A stretch of DNA of 64,000 bases from a virus: positions 32,001 to 96,000 of IMG/VR virus record IMGVR_UViG_3300045988_161114, one strand, 5' to 3'. Within the stretch, counting starts at the first letter, position 1, and the number at the start of each line of letters is the position of its first letter. A model generated the notes under the pieces. The model ran no database searches. It worked only from the letters and a program-made list of their open reading frames with translations, and was not told the origin of the DNA. A program made the position numbers and the translations under genes. Positions 1 to 8,210 of this stretch are shown piece by piece.

Positions 1-87
1 GATTTGGGCCTTTTTATACTAAACTTATTGATGTTGAAGTAATCAGAATGCTTAATAAGCTTCTTGATGTTACAATAGCTACAAGAT

Positions 88-118
88 AGGCTGAGAGAAA
101 TCTCAGCCTTTTCTTTTT
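88..118 (+). terminator. Rho-independent terminator
   Basis: Perfect 9-bp stem AGGCTGAGA (88-96) / TCTCAGCCT (101-109) with a GAAA loop, followed by TTTTCTTTTT. Confidence 0.7.
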
Positions 119-145
119 GTATAAAAACAAAAAATTGTATATAAT
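117..145 (+). promoter_or_regulatory. Sigma-70-like promoter (TTGTAT, 17-bp spacer, TATAAT)
   Basis: TTGTAT at 117-122 and consensus TATAAT at 140-145 with a 17-bp A-rich spacer, about 30 nt upstream of the ORF starting at 178. Confidence 0.5.
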
Positions 146-177
146 TAGAACAATAATAATTTATATGAAAGTTTCTA

Positions 178-570
178 ATGAAAAAAGAGTTTTATATCGA
201 TAGTTATAATAATTTTGTATTTAAAGCTACTTTTAAAGAGTATGAAGAAATAAAAGAAGTTCATTACGATGATATTTCTGATCTTATACCTGTTAAAGGC
301 AATAGGGTAATAGGTGTTTCTATTAATAAGACAAAATTTAAAGAAGCTATTGTAGCAATGACTAAAACTAGAGATAGTGTATATCAGATGGAACTTTATG
401 CTGATTTCTCCTTTTTTAATTTTGGTGATAATCATCATTTTTTGTTATTCCGCGCAGATGATGGATTAATCGAATGCAAAGTTGTATTCAGAATAGAAGA
501 TGACTTTTATGCTATTAATATGTCTGATTACCTTCCTATCTCTGTTATAGATTTCTTAACTGAATATTGA
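178..570 (+). CDS. Hypothetical early protein (130 aa)
   Basis: Complete ORF directly downstream of the promoter-like element. No recognisable motif. Confidence 0.55.
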   Translation: MKKEFYIDSYNNFVFKATFKEYEEIKEVHYDDISDLIPVKGNRVIGVSINKTKFKEAIVAMTKTRDSVYQMELYADFSFFNFGDNHHFLLFRADDGLIECKVVFRIEDDFYAINMSDYLPISVIDFLTEY

Positions 571-721
571 TATGTATTATATTCATTTAATTTATAAATG
601 GATAAAGAGTAATTTATTCTGCATCCATGATTGGAAATATAAAGAAATGAAGACATATTGTGGTCGCTCATATAGAGAGTGCAGCAAATGTGGAAAAGTT
701 TCTAATTGATGGTAAAATTGA

Positions 722-1657
722 ATGCATTTTTTTAATAAATTAAATAATCATTTAACACGTAAGCCTGCCCTTAAAGCCAAACGATTACCAACAATGTATC
801 CTAGCGCTGCTAGTTGTCGTGATATGGACAATCCAGCAATAGTGTATGGTGCATGTATGAGACAGCAATGGTATCGATGTGCTGGATATAAAGAAAGTGA
901 TCCATCTGGTGAGTATAGCCAATATATATTTGCTGCTGGTAATCTATGGGAAGATTGGCTTACTGAACAATGTAAACAAATGGGGATTTGGGAAGCTAAC
1001 AGTGTAAAATGGTCACTACCAGAATATTATTTATCTGGTGAGGTTGATATTGTTGTTAGAGATCCTGAAACTGATGAAGTTATAATTATTGAATCTAAGA
1101 CTTATAGTAGTAATAATTATAAAGCTAAGTCTGAATTAATTGGTTTATCAGGTCGTACTCCTACTCCTAAAGTTCAAAATGTAATGCAGGCTGCATTATA
1201 TTTAATGTATTTTTCTAAACCAGAAAACGGCGGAGTTAAAAGAGTCTTGTTGACTTACTTTGATAGAAGCTGTGCTGGCCCAGAAAACAATCAAGAATTC
1301 TGGATTACTTTAAATCCAGTTGAAGAAGGTAAAACCTTTATTCATATTGATTGTAAAAATTCTAAGGGTGCATCATTTTCTTATGATATGCCCGGCATAA
1401 CTATGGAAAATCTACTTGCTCGTTATACAGAATTGATAAATTCTTTACGAGAAAGTCAAGAAGTTCCACCTCGTCCAGATTATGAACATGTATATTCTGA
1501 TGAAAAAGTCATTAGGTTATACAATGCTGGAGAGATTGCAAAAACCAATTACGAAAAATGGGAATCTAATAAAACTAAATATCCTATTGGTGATTGGCAA
1601 TGCGCTTATTGTAACTATAAAACTTTATGTAAAAAACAACAAGAAACATTAGCTTAA
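722..1657 (+). CDS. Cas4/RecB-family PD-(D/E)XK exonuclease with Fe-S cysteine pattern
   Basis: Nuclease motifs GEVDIVV (D), IIIESKT (ExK) and QNVMQAALY (QxxxY). One N-terminal Cys (SAASC) plus C-terminal CAYCNYKTLC = CX2CX5C, the Cas4/AddB-type 4Fe-4S ligand pattern. Confidence 0.75.
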   Translation: MHFFNKLNNHLTRKPALKAKRLPTMYPSAASCRDMDNPAIVYGACMRQQWYRCAGYKESDPSGEYSQYIFAAGNLWEDWLTEQCKQMGIWEANSVKWSLPEYYLSGEVDIVVRDPETDEVIIIESKTYSSNNYKAKSELIGLSGRTPTPKVQNVMQAALYLMYFSKPENGGVKRVLLTYFDRSCAGPENNQEFWITLNPVEEGKTFIHIDCKNSKGASFSYDMPGITMENLLARYTELINSLRESQEVPPRPDYEHVYSDEKVIRLYNAGEIAKTNYEKWESNKTKYPIGDWQCAYCNYKTLCKKQQETLA

Positions 1658-1670
1658 TAAAGGCAATAAA

Positions 1671-1988
1671 ATGACTCAACAAAATAATACTCAAGTCTAC
1701 ACTTTAGAACAATTGACAGCTGCTGTTAATAATCTTAGCAGCGGCATAATTAGCCATGAAGAAGGAATTGCTAATATTAGCATTCTTGTATCTTCTGTTA
1801 TGGATGTTCTAATTCAAAAAGGTGTTGTTACAGAAGAAGAACTGACTGCATCTGTTGCTAAAACTTCTGCTAAAGTTACTGAACAAATTGAATTGATGCA
1901 AAAAGAAGCTCTCGCTGATGCTGAAAAAGCTGCTGCTGTACAAACAGCATCTGCTGCTAATGATGAAGAAGTAAAAGCAGCGGAGTAA
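1671..1988 (+). CDS. Hypothetical Ala/Glu-rich helical protein (105 aa)
   Basis: Complete ORF packed between the nuclease and primase-helicase genes. No motif recognised. Confidence 0.55.
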   Translation: MTQQNNTQVYTLEQLTAAVNNLSSGIISHEEGIANISILVSSVMDVLIQKGVVTEEELTASVAKTSAKVTEQIELMQKEALADAEKAAAVQTASAANDEEVKAAE

Positions 1989-1995
1989 TATAAGA

Positions 1996-4509
1996 ATGTC
2001 TATTAAGCAACTTACCGACTTTAAGACTCAGATGGATAAGTTGCGTATGTTTCTTCCCCAATATTTGGAAGAGCATGGTCATGATGTGAAAGACGGACAT
2101 AAAATAAGATGTCTGTCTCCAGATCATGATGATCATACGCCATCTATGTCTATGTTTAATACTGAAGAGGGGTACCCTCTTCTTCGTTGTCATGGCTGTA
2201 ATACAGTTATGGATATATTTAATGTAGCAAATGTCTTAGAAGGCAGACCTATTATGGGTGCAGGCTTAATAGACAATACTGCTACATATCTTGCATATAA
2301 ATATGGTGTTGAGCTTGTATATAAAAAACTTAGCGAAGATGATATATATGAACTTAATATGTATCAAGCATATGAAGCTGCTGCAAATTATATAATTTCT
2401 CAAGAAGATTTCAATGAGCTGCAAATAGCAGAAATGAAGAAAAGAAATTTTTCTAGAGAATTTATGAAAGCTTATAAAGTTGGCATATGTAATGATGTAG
2501 ACAAGCTTAGAGAGCATCTTAAGTCTTGTGGCTATATGGCATCATTCATAGATGAGATTGACCTTGGGAATAAGCGTATATTTAATTCTAATAATATAAT
2601 TTATACGATATGTGATGACAATGGTCGACCTGTTGCTTTCCAAGCAAGGAATCTTGCTTATGATGGCAAAGTAGATGAAAGCACTGGCAACTTTATAAAT
2701 GGGCCAAAGTTTATTGGATCTACAATATCTAATATTAAGAAAAATATTTACCGTAAAAAAGAAAGACTTTATCTTTTAGATAAAGCTAAGCGTAATGAAA
2801 GTGTTATTGTAGTAGAAGGTAATTCTGATGCTTTATCACTACATAATAATGGAATTACTAATGCTGTTGGTATTTGTGGTTTAAATTTTTCTGAACATCA
2901 TTTAAATACATTGCGGCGCAATGCTATTTATGAAATTATTATGTGTCTTGATAATGATGATGCTGGGACTGAGAAAGCTAAAGCTATTCTTGATGATGTG
3001 GCATCTAAGATACATGATATAAAAATTAAATTTATATTCTTGCCTGATGAGTATGATGAAGCTGGAAATAAACTTAAAGTTGATCCTGATGAATATATTC
3101 GTAGGCATGGTAAAGAAGCTTTTAAAGCTTTACCTGTAATAGATTCATTTTCTTGGCGATTGCAAAGATTTGATTCTGATACAGATCCTGAAGTAATATC
3201 ACTAGCAGTGATTCCTATTATATGTGCTGAGCCATCTTATATACGCAGAGAGCGTATGATTAATGAGCTTGCACTATATACTGGATATAGTGATAAAGTT
3301 ATTAGGGATGAGATTGAAAAGATCGAATCTGATAAGACTCGTAAAGTTGAAACTGCCAAGAAACGTGTTCTTGAAAATCTTGTACGTAATCTTGAAGAAT
3401 CGTCTTCTGTTGATGCTGAATTAGCTCTTAATGAAGCTCTTACTGAAATTTATGAAATTAACCAGAATTTTAATGCTGGTATAATGGAAACCTCTTCCCG
3501 TATTAATAATATTTTAGCTATTAAAGAATACCAAGAAGATACTGATAGCTTTAGTCTTATTAATTGGGGCAAACCACAATTTCATTCTTTGAATGCTGCT
3601 ACTGATGGAGATACCTCTGGTAAGGTAATATTCATTGGCGGCGGGTCTAATGTTGGTAAAACTTCGTGGGAAGTTAATCTTGCATGGAGAATTGTAGAAA
3701 ACAATCCAGATTCTATGGTTGTATTCCTATCTATTGACGATAGCGCTAAAGAATTGTTGCCTCGTATTTGTTGTTTTGACGCATGTTTAAGAGCATGGGA
3801 AAATGATGATATACGCTTATTTAAGCATTTAGATATTAATAAATTCGCTAAACCAGATTTATATAAAGATAATCCAGTTCTTTATGCATCTATTAAAGAT
3901 GAAAGAGAAATTTTCTATAAGAAATTTCTATCTTATGCAAGAGAAGATAGATTTGTTCTGTATGATTCAATAGATGGTAGAAGTTTAGATTTTATCGAGA
4001 CTCTACTTCGTACATATAGAGATAAATATCCTAATAGAAGACTGTACTTCTTCTTGGATAACTTCCATTTGGTTCAATTAAATAATGGTTCTGAAGGTAG
4101 AGAGAAATATAAAACTCTATCTCATGAAATAAAGGCATTGGCAGTTAAATATAATTCTACTGTTGTTAGTACAGTTGAATATACTAAGATGCCTCTTAAT
4201 CAGAAACCTGATAATAATAATATTGCTGAATCTAACAGTCTTGTATATGATAGTAATTTGATTATGCATGGTTGGAATGAGCTTCATGGTTTAAGAGAAG
4301 AGGCTACTGCATATCATATTGATCCAGATGATCCAAAACGATATAAACGTCCTATTGTAGAATGGGCCGTTGGTAAAAATAAAATAGCTGCATTTAAAGG
4401 TAATATATATACTAAGTCATGGCCTGAAAAGGCATTCTTTGTTGAAATAAGTGAAACTGAGTATAAAACCATTGTAGCTGAAAATACTGCTTATGAAAAA
4501 GGACTATAA
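1996..4509 (+). CDS. Bifunctional DNA primase-helicase (DnaG-type primase fused to DnaB/T7 gp4-like helicase)
   Basis: CHC2-type zinc finger (CLSPDHDDHTPSM ... RCHGCN). Toprim motifs VVEGNSDAL (EGxxD) and CLDNDDAG (DxD). C-terminal Walker A GGGSNVGKTS and Walker B-like LYFFLDNFH. Confidence 0.85.
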   Translation: MSIKQLTDFKTQMDKLRMFLPQYLEEHGHDVKDGHKIRCLSPDHDDHTPSMSMFNTEEGYPLLRCHGCNTVMDIFNVANVLEGRPIMGAGLIDNTATYLAYKYGVELVYKKLSEDDIYELNMYQAYEAAANYIISQEDFNELQIAEMKKRNFSREFMKAYKVGICNDVDKLREHLKSCGYMASFIDEIDLGNKRIFNSNNIIYTICDDNGRPVAFQARNLAYDGKVDESTGNFINGPKFIGSTISNIKKNIYRKKERLYLLDKAKRNESVIVVEGNSDALSLHNNGITNAVGICGLNFSEHHLNTLRRNAIYEIIMCLDNDDAGTEKAKAILDDVASKIHDIKIKFIFLPDEYDEAGNKLKVDPDEYIRRHGKEAFKALPVIDSFSWRLQRFDSDTDPEVISLAVIPIICAEPSYIRRERMINELALYTGYSDKVIRDEIEKIESDKTRKVETAKKRVLENLVRNLEESSSVDAELALNEALTEIYEINQNFNAGIMETSSRINNILAIKEYQEDTDSFSLINWGKPQFHSLNAATDGDTSGKVIFIGGGSNVGKTSWEVNLAWRIVENNPDSMVVFLSIDDSAKELLPRICCFDACLRAWENDDIRLFKHLDINKFAKPDLYKDNPVLYASIKDEREIFYKKFLSYAREDRFVLYDSIDGRSLDFIETLLRTYRDKYPNRRLYFFLDNFHLVQLNNGSEGREKYKTLSHEIKALAVKYNSTVVSTVEYTKMPLNQKPDNNNIAESNSLVYDSNLIMHGWNELHGLREEATAYHIDPDDPKRYKRPIVEWAVGKNKIAAFKGNIYTKSWPEKAFFVEISETEYKTIVAENTAYEKGL

Positions 4510-5357
4510 TGTTTAATAATGAATTAGAGGAAGATTTAGTTGCTGGCAAAGTAGAATTTAAAGGATTTGATTTACCAAGAACTATTCCTAATTTTAATTC
4601 ATTTAATCATTTGTCAGTATCAATGTTTTGTAAGGCAATGTCAAAATATAATGATGTTGCCTTACATTATCCTGAATTTATAATAGATTTTGAAGGATTA
4701 CATAAAGAAGGTTTACCATTTAAACAATTCTGTAGTGTTATACTATTTGAAGCGTTTAATATATTTTTAAAAGATCCTAATGTTGACATATCTGAGCTTG
4801 CTTTGTATATAGACAATACGGAAAAATTAAAAATATTCAATATGAAGGAATCTGAAATAAAATATTTGTCTACTTTATATATGAGTTTTGTATCATGCAT
4901 AAAGAATTTGAAAGATGAAATTTTAAATTCCGCCGGATTTATTTCTAAAGAGAAAATATATTTTTCTTATGGAAGAAATCCTAGAGAATGTTATCAGCAA
5001 TATATAGATTTGATAACTGTTAAAGAAGAGGGCATTAATGTCTTTATTCTAACGCCACAAGTATTTGGTGCTAGGAATAATTCTAGAACAGTATCTAATC
5101 CTAGAGTTCTTCATATAATAAATCACTTTAATGACCTTGGATTAAATCTATTAAATGTTTATGAAATAACTATTCCGTTCTCTGAGGGGAATAGCGTTTC
5201 ATTGCAAAGAATCCCTATTAATAAAGTAAATGTTCAGTCTGCTATTAATTTTTGTAGGGCTGACCCTACATTTACTAGTAATCTTATTTTTTGTAGAACA
5301 TGTAAATATAATAATAGTTGCTCTATTAAAGATATGATTCCTATATACAGGGTTTAA
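4509..5357 (+). CDS. Hypothetical protein with C-terminal CX2CX5C cysteine cluster (282 aa)
   Basis: TAATG overlap with the primase-helicase stop. C-terminus CRTCKYNNSC repeats the CX2CX5C spacing seen in ORF 722-1657. No clear D..ExK catalytic motif seen. Confidence 0.55.
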   Translation: MFNNELEEDLVAGKVEFKGFDLPRTIPNFNSFNHLSVSMFCKAMSKYNDVALHYPEFIIDFEGLHKEGLPFKQFCSVILFEAFNIFLKDPNVDISELALYIDNTEKLKIFNMKESEIKYLSTLYMSFVSCIKNLKDEILNSAGFISKEKIYFSYGRNPRECYQQYIDLITVKEEGINVFILTPQVFGARNNSRTVSNPRVLHIINHFNDLGLNLLNVYEITIPFSEGNSVSLQRIPINKVNVQSAINFCRADPTFTSNLIFCRTCKYNNSCSIKDMIPIYRV

Positions 5358-5358
5358 A

Positions 5359-5577
5359 ATGAAAATATATAAAATAAGAGAAGATGCCTATCCTTTTATA
5401 TTTGGATATATAATTGGAATGGTTATTGCATTAAGTATATTTAAAATGCTTGGTGTAATAGCAGTATCATGGATCGTAGTGTTTCTTGGTCCATTAATTT
5501 TTATTGGATGCGTTTCTGCTTCAATAATTATTGTTATGATGATGTTTTGTCTTGTTGGCTACGGAAATCAAAAATGA
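5359..5577 (+). CDS. Small integral membrane protein (72 aa, 2-3 predicted TM helices)
   Basis: Almost entirely hydrophobic (FIFGYIIGMVIALSIF, VIAVSWIVVFLGPLIFIG, ASIIIVMMMFCLVG). Its stop overlaps the next start (ATGA at 5574-5577). Confidence 0.5.
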   Translation: MKIYKIREDAYPFIFGYIIGMVIALSIFKMLGVIAVSWIVVFLGPLIFIGCVSASIIIVMMMFCLVGYGNQK

Positions 5578-5885
5578 AGATAGTACATATGGCTCCATTA
5601 AGTCAAGGATGGATAGTTGAGGGAACTGGAGATACTCAACTTGTAGTATCTGTTCTTGAAGACGATAACGATGAAATTGCCTGTATTGTAGACACTACTA
5701 CTGGCAAGTATTACATCAATAGGATAATTGATAAAAATGCTATTTGGAAATTTGCTCCTCACAACTTCGACCGCGTAGAAAGTGATGATGCATTTGATGC
5801 CTATCATAAATTCTTTTTTGATAATGGTCTTGGATTGGCTATTGATGGCATGAATTACAATTTCACCAGTAAATTAAAATCATGA
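5574..5885 (+). CDS. Hypothetical protein (103 aa); start trimmed from track ORF 5469
   Basis: In-frame ATG at 5574 forms an ATGA overlap with the upstream stop. The 5469 extension would overlap the membrane ORF by about 100 nt and encodes Cys/Trp-rich, non-protein-like sequence. Confidence 0.55.
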   Translation: MKIVHMAPLSQGWIVEGTGDTQLVVSVLEDDNDEIACIVDTTTGKYYINRIIDKNAIWKFAPHNFDRVESDDAFDAYHKFFFDNGLGLAIDGMNYNFTSKLKS

Positions 5886-6352
5886 GTGCTGATAATAGGG
5901 GCTCTGAAGAACAGAGAATTATCTATAGATTTCTCAAAGAGCTATATCCTCATTATGATGTGATTTATGAGGCTACTCTTCCGAATGGAATGCGTTTTGA
6001 TTGTTTTGTAAAACAAATTGGTGTAGTCGTGGAAACTGACGGGAAACAGCATACACAATTTGTCAAGCATTTCCATGGCGATTTTAATGGCTTCCTATCC
6101 CAACAGTTAAAAGATTCCAAAAAGGATACTATTGCTGCAGAAATGGGAATAAGGCTTCTTAGGATTAACCAATGGGATTGTCCTAAAACAAAAGAAGAAC
6201 TAAAAGATATGATAGATTCTATACCTGATCCTGGTGTAGAGTATGATTATCTTGTTCTGGATAATGACAAGCCTAATAAAGCTAATGAAAAAATTAAAGA
6301 GATAAAACGCAAACGTTATTTTGAATATAAAAATAGCAGACGAAAAGAGTAG
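5882..6352 (+). CDS. DUF559/Vsr-like endonuclease-fold protein
   Basis: RFDCFVKQIGVVVETDGKQH matches the DUF559 core (D-F ... hhhE-x-DG-xx-H), followed by RLLRINQWD. Basic C-terminal tail. Confidence 0.6.
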   Translation: MSADNRGSEEQRIIYRFLKELYPHYDVIYEATLPNGMRFDCFVKQIGVVVETDGKQHTQFVKHFHGDFNGFLSQQLKDSKKDTIAAEMGIRLLRINQWDCPKTKEELKDMIDSIPDPGVEYDYLVLDNDKPNKANEKIKEIKRKRYFEYKNSRRKE

Positions 6353-6368
6353 TCTGCTTTAAATCTTT
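6335..6368 (+). terminator. Weak stem-loop overlapping the stop codon (possible terminator)
   Basis: AGCAGAC (6335-6341) / GTCTGCT (6352-6358) with a 10-nt loop, followed by TTTAAATCTTT. Short stem and interrupted T-tract. Confidence 0.3.
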
Positions 6369-6390
6369 AGGGATTTATATTTTATATTTT

Positions 6391-6462
6391 CTGTACAATC
6401 GCTTTGGGATTGTACAGACACTCAGCCAGATCTGCATGCATCAGCTGCAGCTCCAGGCTGAG
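6391..6462. repeat. Two adjacent GC-rich inverted repeats / palindrome cluster upstream of nrdB
   Basis: Hairpin 1: CTGTACAATC (6391-6400) / GATTGTACAG (6408-6417), 7-nt loop. Hairpin 2: CTCAGCC (6421-6427) / GGCTGAG (6456-6462), enclosing the palindromes TGCATGCA and AGCTGCAGCT. Confidence 0.6.
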
Positions 6463-6560
6463 CCGGGTCTATTACCTTAGTATTTATTATTGAGTTATAC
6501 GACCCATTTTATTAGGTTTTATACCTAAAGAATAATGATAATAATAAAAAAGGTTTAATA

Positions 6561-7754
6561 ATGTCTTCAAAGGTTTTTAATAGAGATGCTGTATCTGATA
6601 CACTGTTTTTGAATAAAGAAAACGGTTTATCTATTCAGCGTTTTGATGATCCTAAATATCCAGTTATCCTTAAACTATTAGATCAACAACTTGGATTCTT
6701 TTGGCGTCCTGAAGAGATTGATATGTCAAAAGATAGATCTAATTTTAGTGGATTGACTAAAGCTCAAGAACATATAGTTATATCTAATATTAAGCGTCAA
6801 ATAATGCTAGATAGTATTATGGGGCGTGCTCCTGATTTAGTATTTGGAGTTGCTACTAGCGATCCTACTCTAGAGGCATGTGTCAAATGGTGGAGTGCAT
6901 ACGAAACATTACATAGTAAGTCATATACCCATATTATTCAATCTAGTTTTTCTCAACCTAAAGAGGTTCTAGACACTGTATTGGATATTAAAGAGATTGT
7001 TACATGTTCTGATTCTATTGCTAGATATTATGATGATGCTATAGAAAAAGTTCAATTATTTTACGAAAATAAAGTTTCTAGATATGAAGCTTGTAAAGCT
7101 ATTTATTTAGCATTACATGCTGCCAATTCACTAGAGGCATTAAGATTTCATATTTCATTTGCTTGTAGTTTTGCATTTGGTAAGAATGGCGTACTTCCAG
7201 GTCTTGCACGGATTATAACTCTTATCGCTCGTGATGAAAAAGTTCATGTTGCTATAACCAACAATCTTATAAAGATAGTAAAAAATGACGATCCTGATAT
7301 TGCTCTTATTGCGAAAGATCCTGAAGTAATAAAGGCTATTAAAGAGATGTGGCGTACTGTTATTCTTGAAGAAGCAGAATGGGCTAAGTATCTATTTAAA
7401 GAAGGTGAGATATTTGGATTAAATGAAAAAATATTGTTTAAATATCTTTGCTATCTTGCCACTACAAGATTGGAATATTTTGAAATTGGCACTTTAGAAG
7501 AAGTTGCTGGTTTTGAATCTGTACATGAAAATCCTATTGTTTGGATTAATAAATGGCTAGGCAATGATATGGGTGATCAACCTGCTCCTCAAGAAGTAGA
7601 AATCACTACATATGAAAAGGGTATTGTAGATTATGGTTCCGGCGATTATCGTGAAGGCTTAACAATGATTAATCTTGGGTTGCCCGAAGATATTGAACAT
7701 GACACTCCTGGTATCACAACAGAAGAAATCAAAGGATTGTTTTATGGAAATTAA
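6561..7754 (+). CDS. nrdB: Ribonucleotide reductase class I small (beta) subunit
   Basis: Di-iron ligand motifs WSAYETLHSKSY (ExxH), EALRFH and ARDEKVHV (ExxH). Same operon as nrdA. Confidence 0.9.
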   Translation: MSSKVFNRDAVSDTLFLNKENGLSIQRFDDPKYPVILKLLDQQLGFFWRPEEIDMSKDRSNFSGLTKAQEHIVISNIKRQIMLDSIMGRAPDLVFGVATSDPTLEACVKWWSAYETLHSKSYTHIIQSSFSQPKEVLDTVLDIKEIVTCSDSIARYYDDAIEKVQLFYENKVSRYEACKAIYLALHAANSLEALRFHISFACSFAFGKNGVLPGLARIITLIARDEKVHVAITNNLIKIVKNDDPDIALIAKDPEVIKAIKEMWRTVILEEAEWAKYLFKEGEIFGLNEKILFKYLCYLATTRLEYFEIGTLEEVAGFESVHENPIVWINKWLGNDMGDQPAPQEVEITTYEKGIVDYGSGDYREGLTMINLGLPEDIEHDTPGITTEEIKGLFYGN

Positions 7755-7935
7755 TGTCTTTTATAATAGCAAATTTGATAAAAGAATTATACAGTCTAAT
7801 TCTGATAAAAATATAAAATTTTTTCGTATTAATGAATCTAAATCTAAAGAGGCTTTAGATAGATTCTTTGAAGGCGATTCATATATTGATTCTGGATGCC
7901 AAATATACGTATATGATAATAAGGCTTTAGTATGA
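7744..7935 (+). CDS. Hypothetical small protein in the nrd operon (63 aa); start trimmed from 7675
   Basis: ATG at 7744 is preceded by AAAGGA at about 7 nt. The longer track ORF would overlap the nrdB 3' end by 80 nt. Only one Cys, so not a YfaE-like ferredoxin. Confidence 0.45.
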   Translation: MEINVFYNSKFDKRIIQSNSDKNIKFFRINESKSKEALDRFFEGDSYIDSGCQIYVYDNKALV

Positions 7936-8210
7936 AAATAAAAGTTTATTCAAAAAATAATTGTCCCCACTGTAAAGAAGCTTTACATGCTTTGAAATCT
8001 TACCTTCCTGATTTTGATAAAACAGTTGAAGTTATTTATGTGGATGAAAAGCCTGAACTTAAAGATGAATTGCTAAGTATATTTGATAATCTGGGACTTC
8101 CTCGTCCTAGAACTGTTCCACAAGTATTTAAATATACTGAAGAGAAAGAATTAGTGTATCTTGGTGATAATAAAATAATCCAAGAAAAGATTGTAAATAA
8201 GACACTATGA
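7932..8210 (+). CDS. Glutaredoxin/NrdH-like redoxin (CPHC active site)
   Basis: N-terminal beta-strand then CPHC (KVYSKNNCPHCKEA), conserved TVPQVF, about 90 aa, ATGA-coupled on both sides between nrdB and nrdA. Confidence 0.75.
   Translation: MKIKVYSKNNCPHCKEALHALKSYLPDFDKTVEVIYVDEKPELKDELLSIFDNLGLPRPRTVPQVFKYTEEKELVYLGDNKIIQEKIVNKTL

Noticed and set aside
561-594. AT-only hairpin (TGAATAT/ATATTCA) after ORF 178-570 as a terminator
   Set aside because: The 7-bp all-A/T stem with an 11-nt loop is too weak to call in a genome of this composition.
647-709. 20-codon ORF MKTYCGRSYRECSKCGKVSN in the gap upstream of the Cas4-like gene
   Set aside because: It is too short, has only three Cys residues, and has no convincing RBS. 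It is noted but unsupported.
5469-5573. N-terminal 35-codon extension of the track ORF 5469-5885
   Set aside because: It would overlap the small membrane ORF by ~100 nt in another frame. The ATG at 5574 gives the ATGA coupling typical of this operon.
6428-6455. The cluster of restriction-site palindromes (AGATCT, GCATGC, ATGCAT, CAGCTG, CTGCAG) looks like a synthetic polylinker or cloning artefact
   Set aside because: It is embedded in native-looking AT-rich spacer, enclosed by its own 7-bp inverted repeat, and has no vector backbone sequence nearby. It is treated as a natural palindromic element (see findings).
7675-7743. N-terminal extension of the track ORF 7675-7935 overlapping the nrdB 3' end
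   Set aside because: The internal ATG at 7744 has an AGGA-type RBS and reduces the overlap to 11 nt. The extension is probably not translated.
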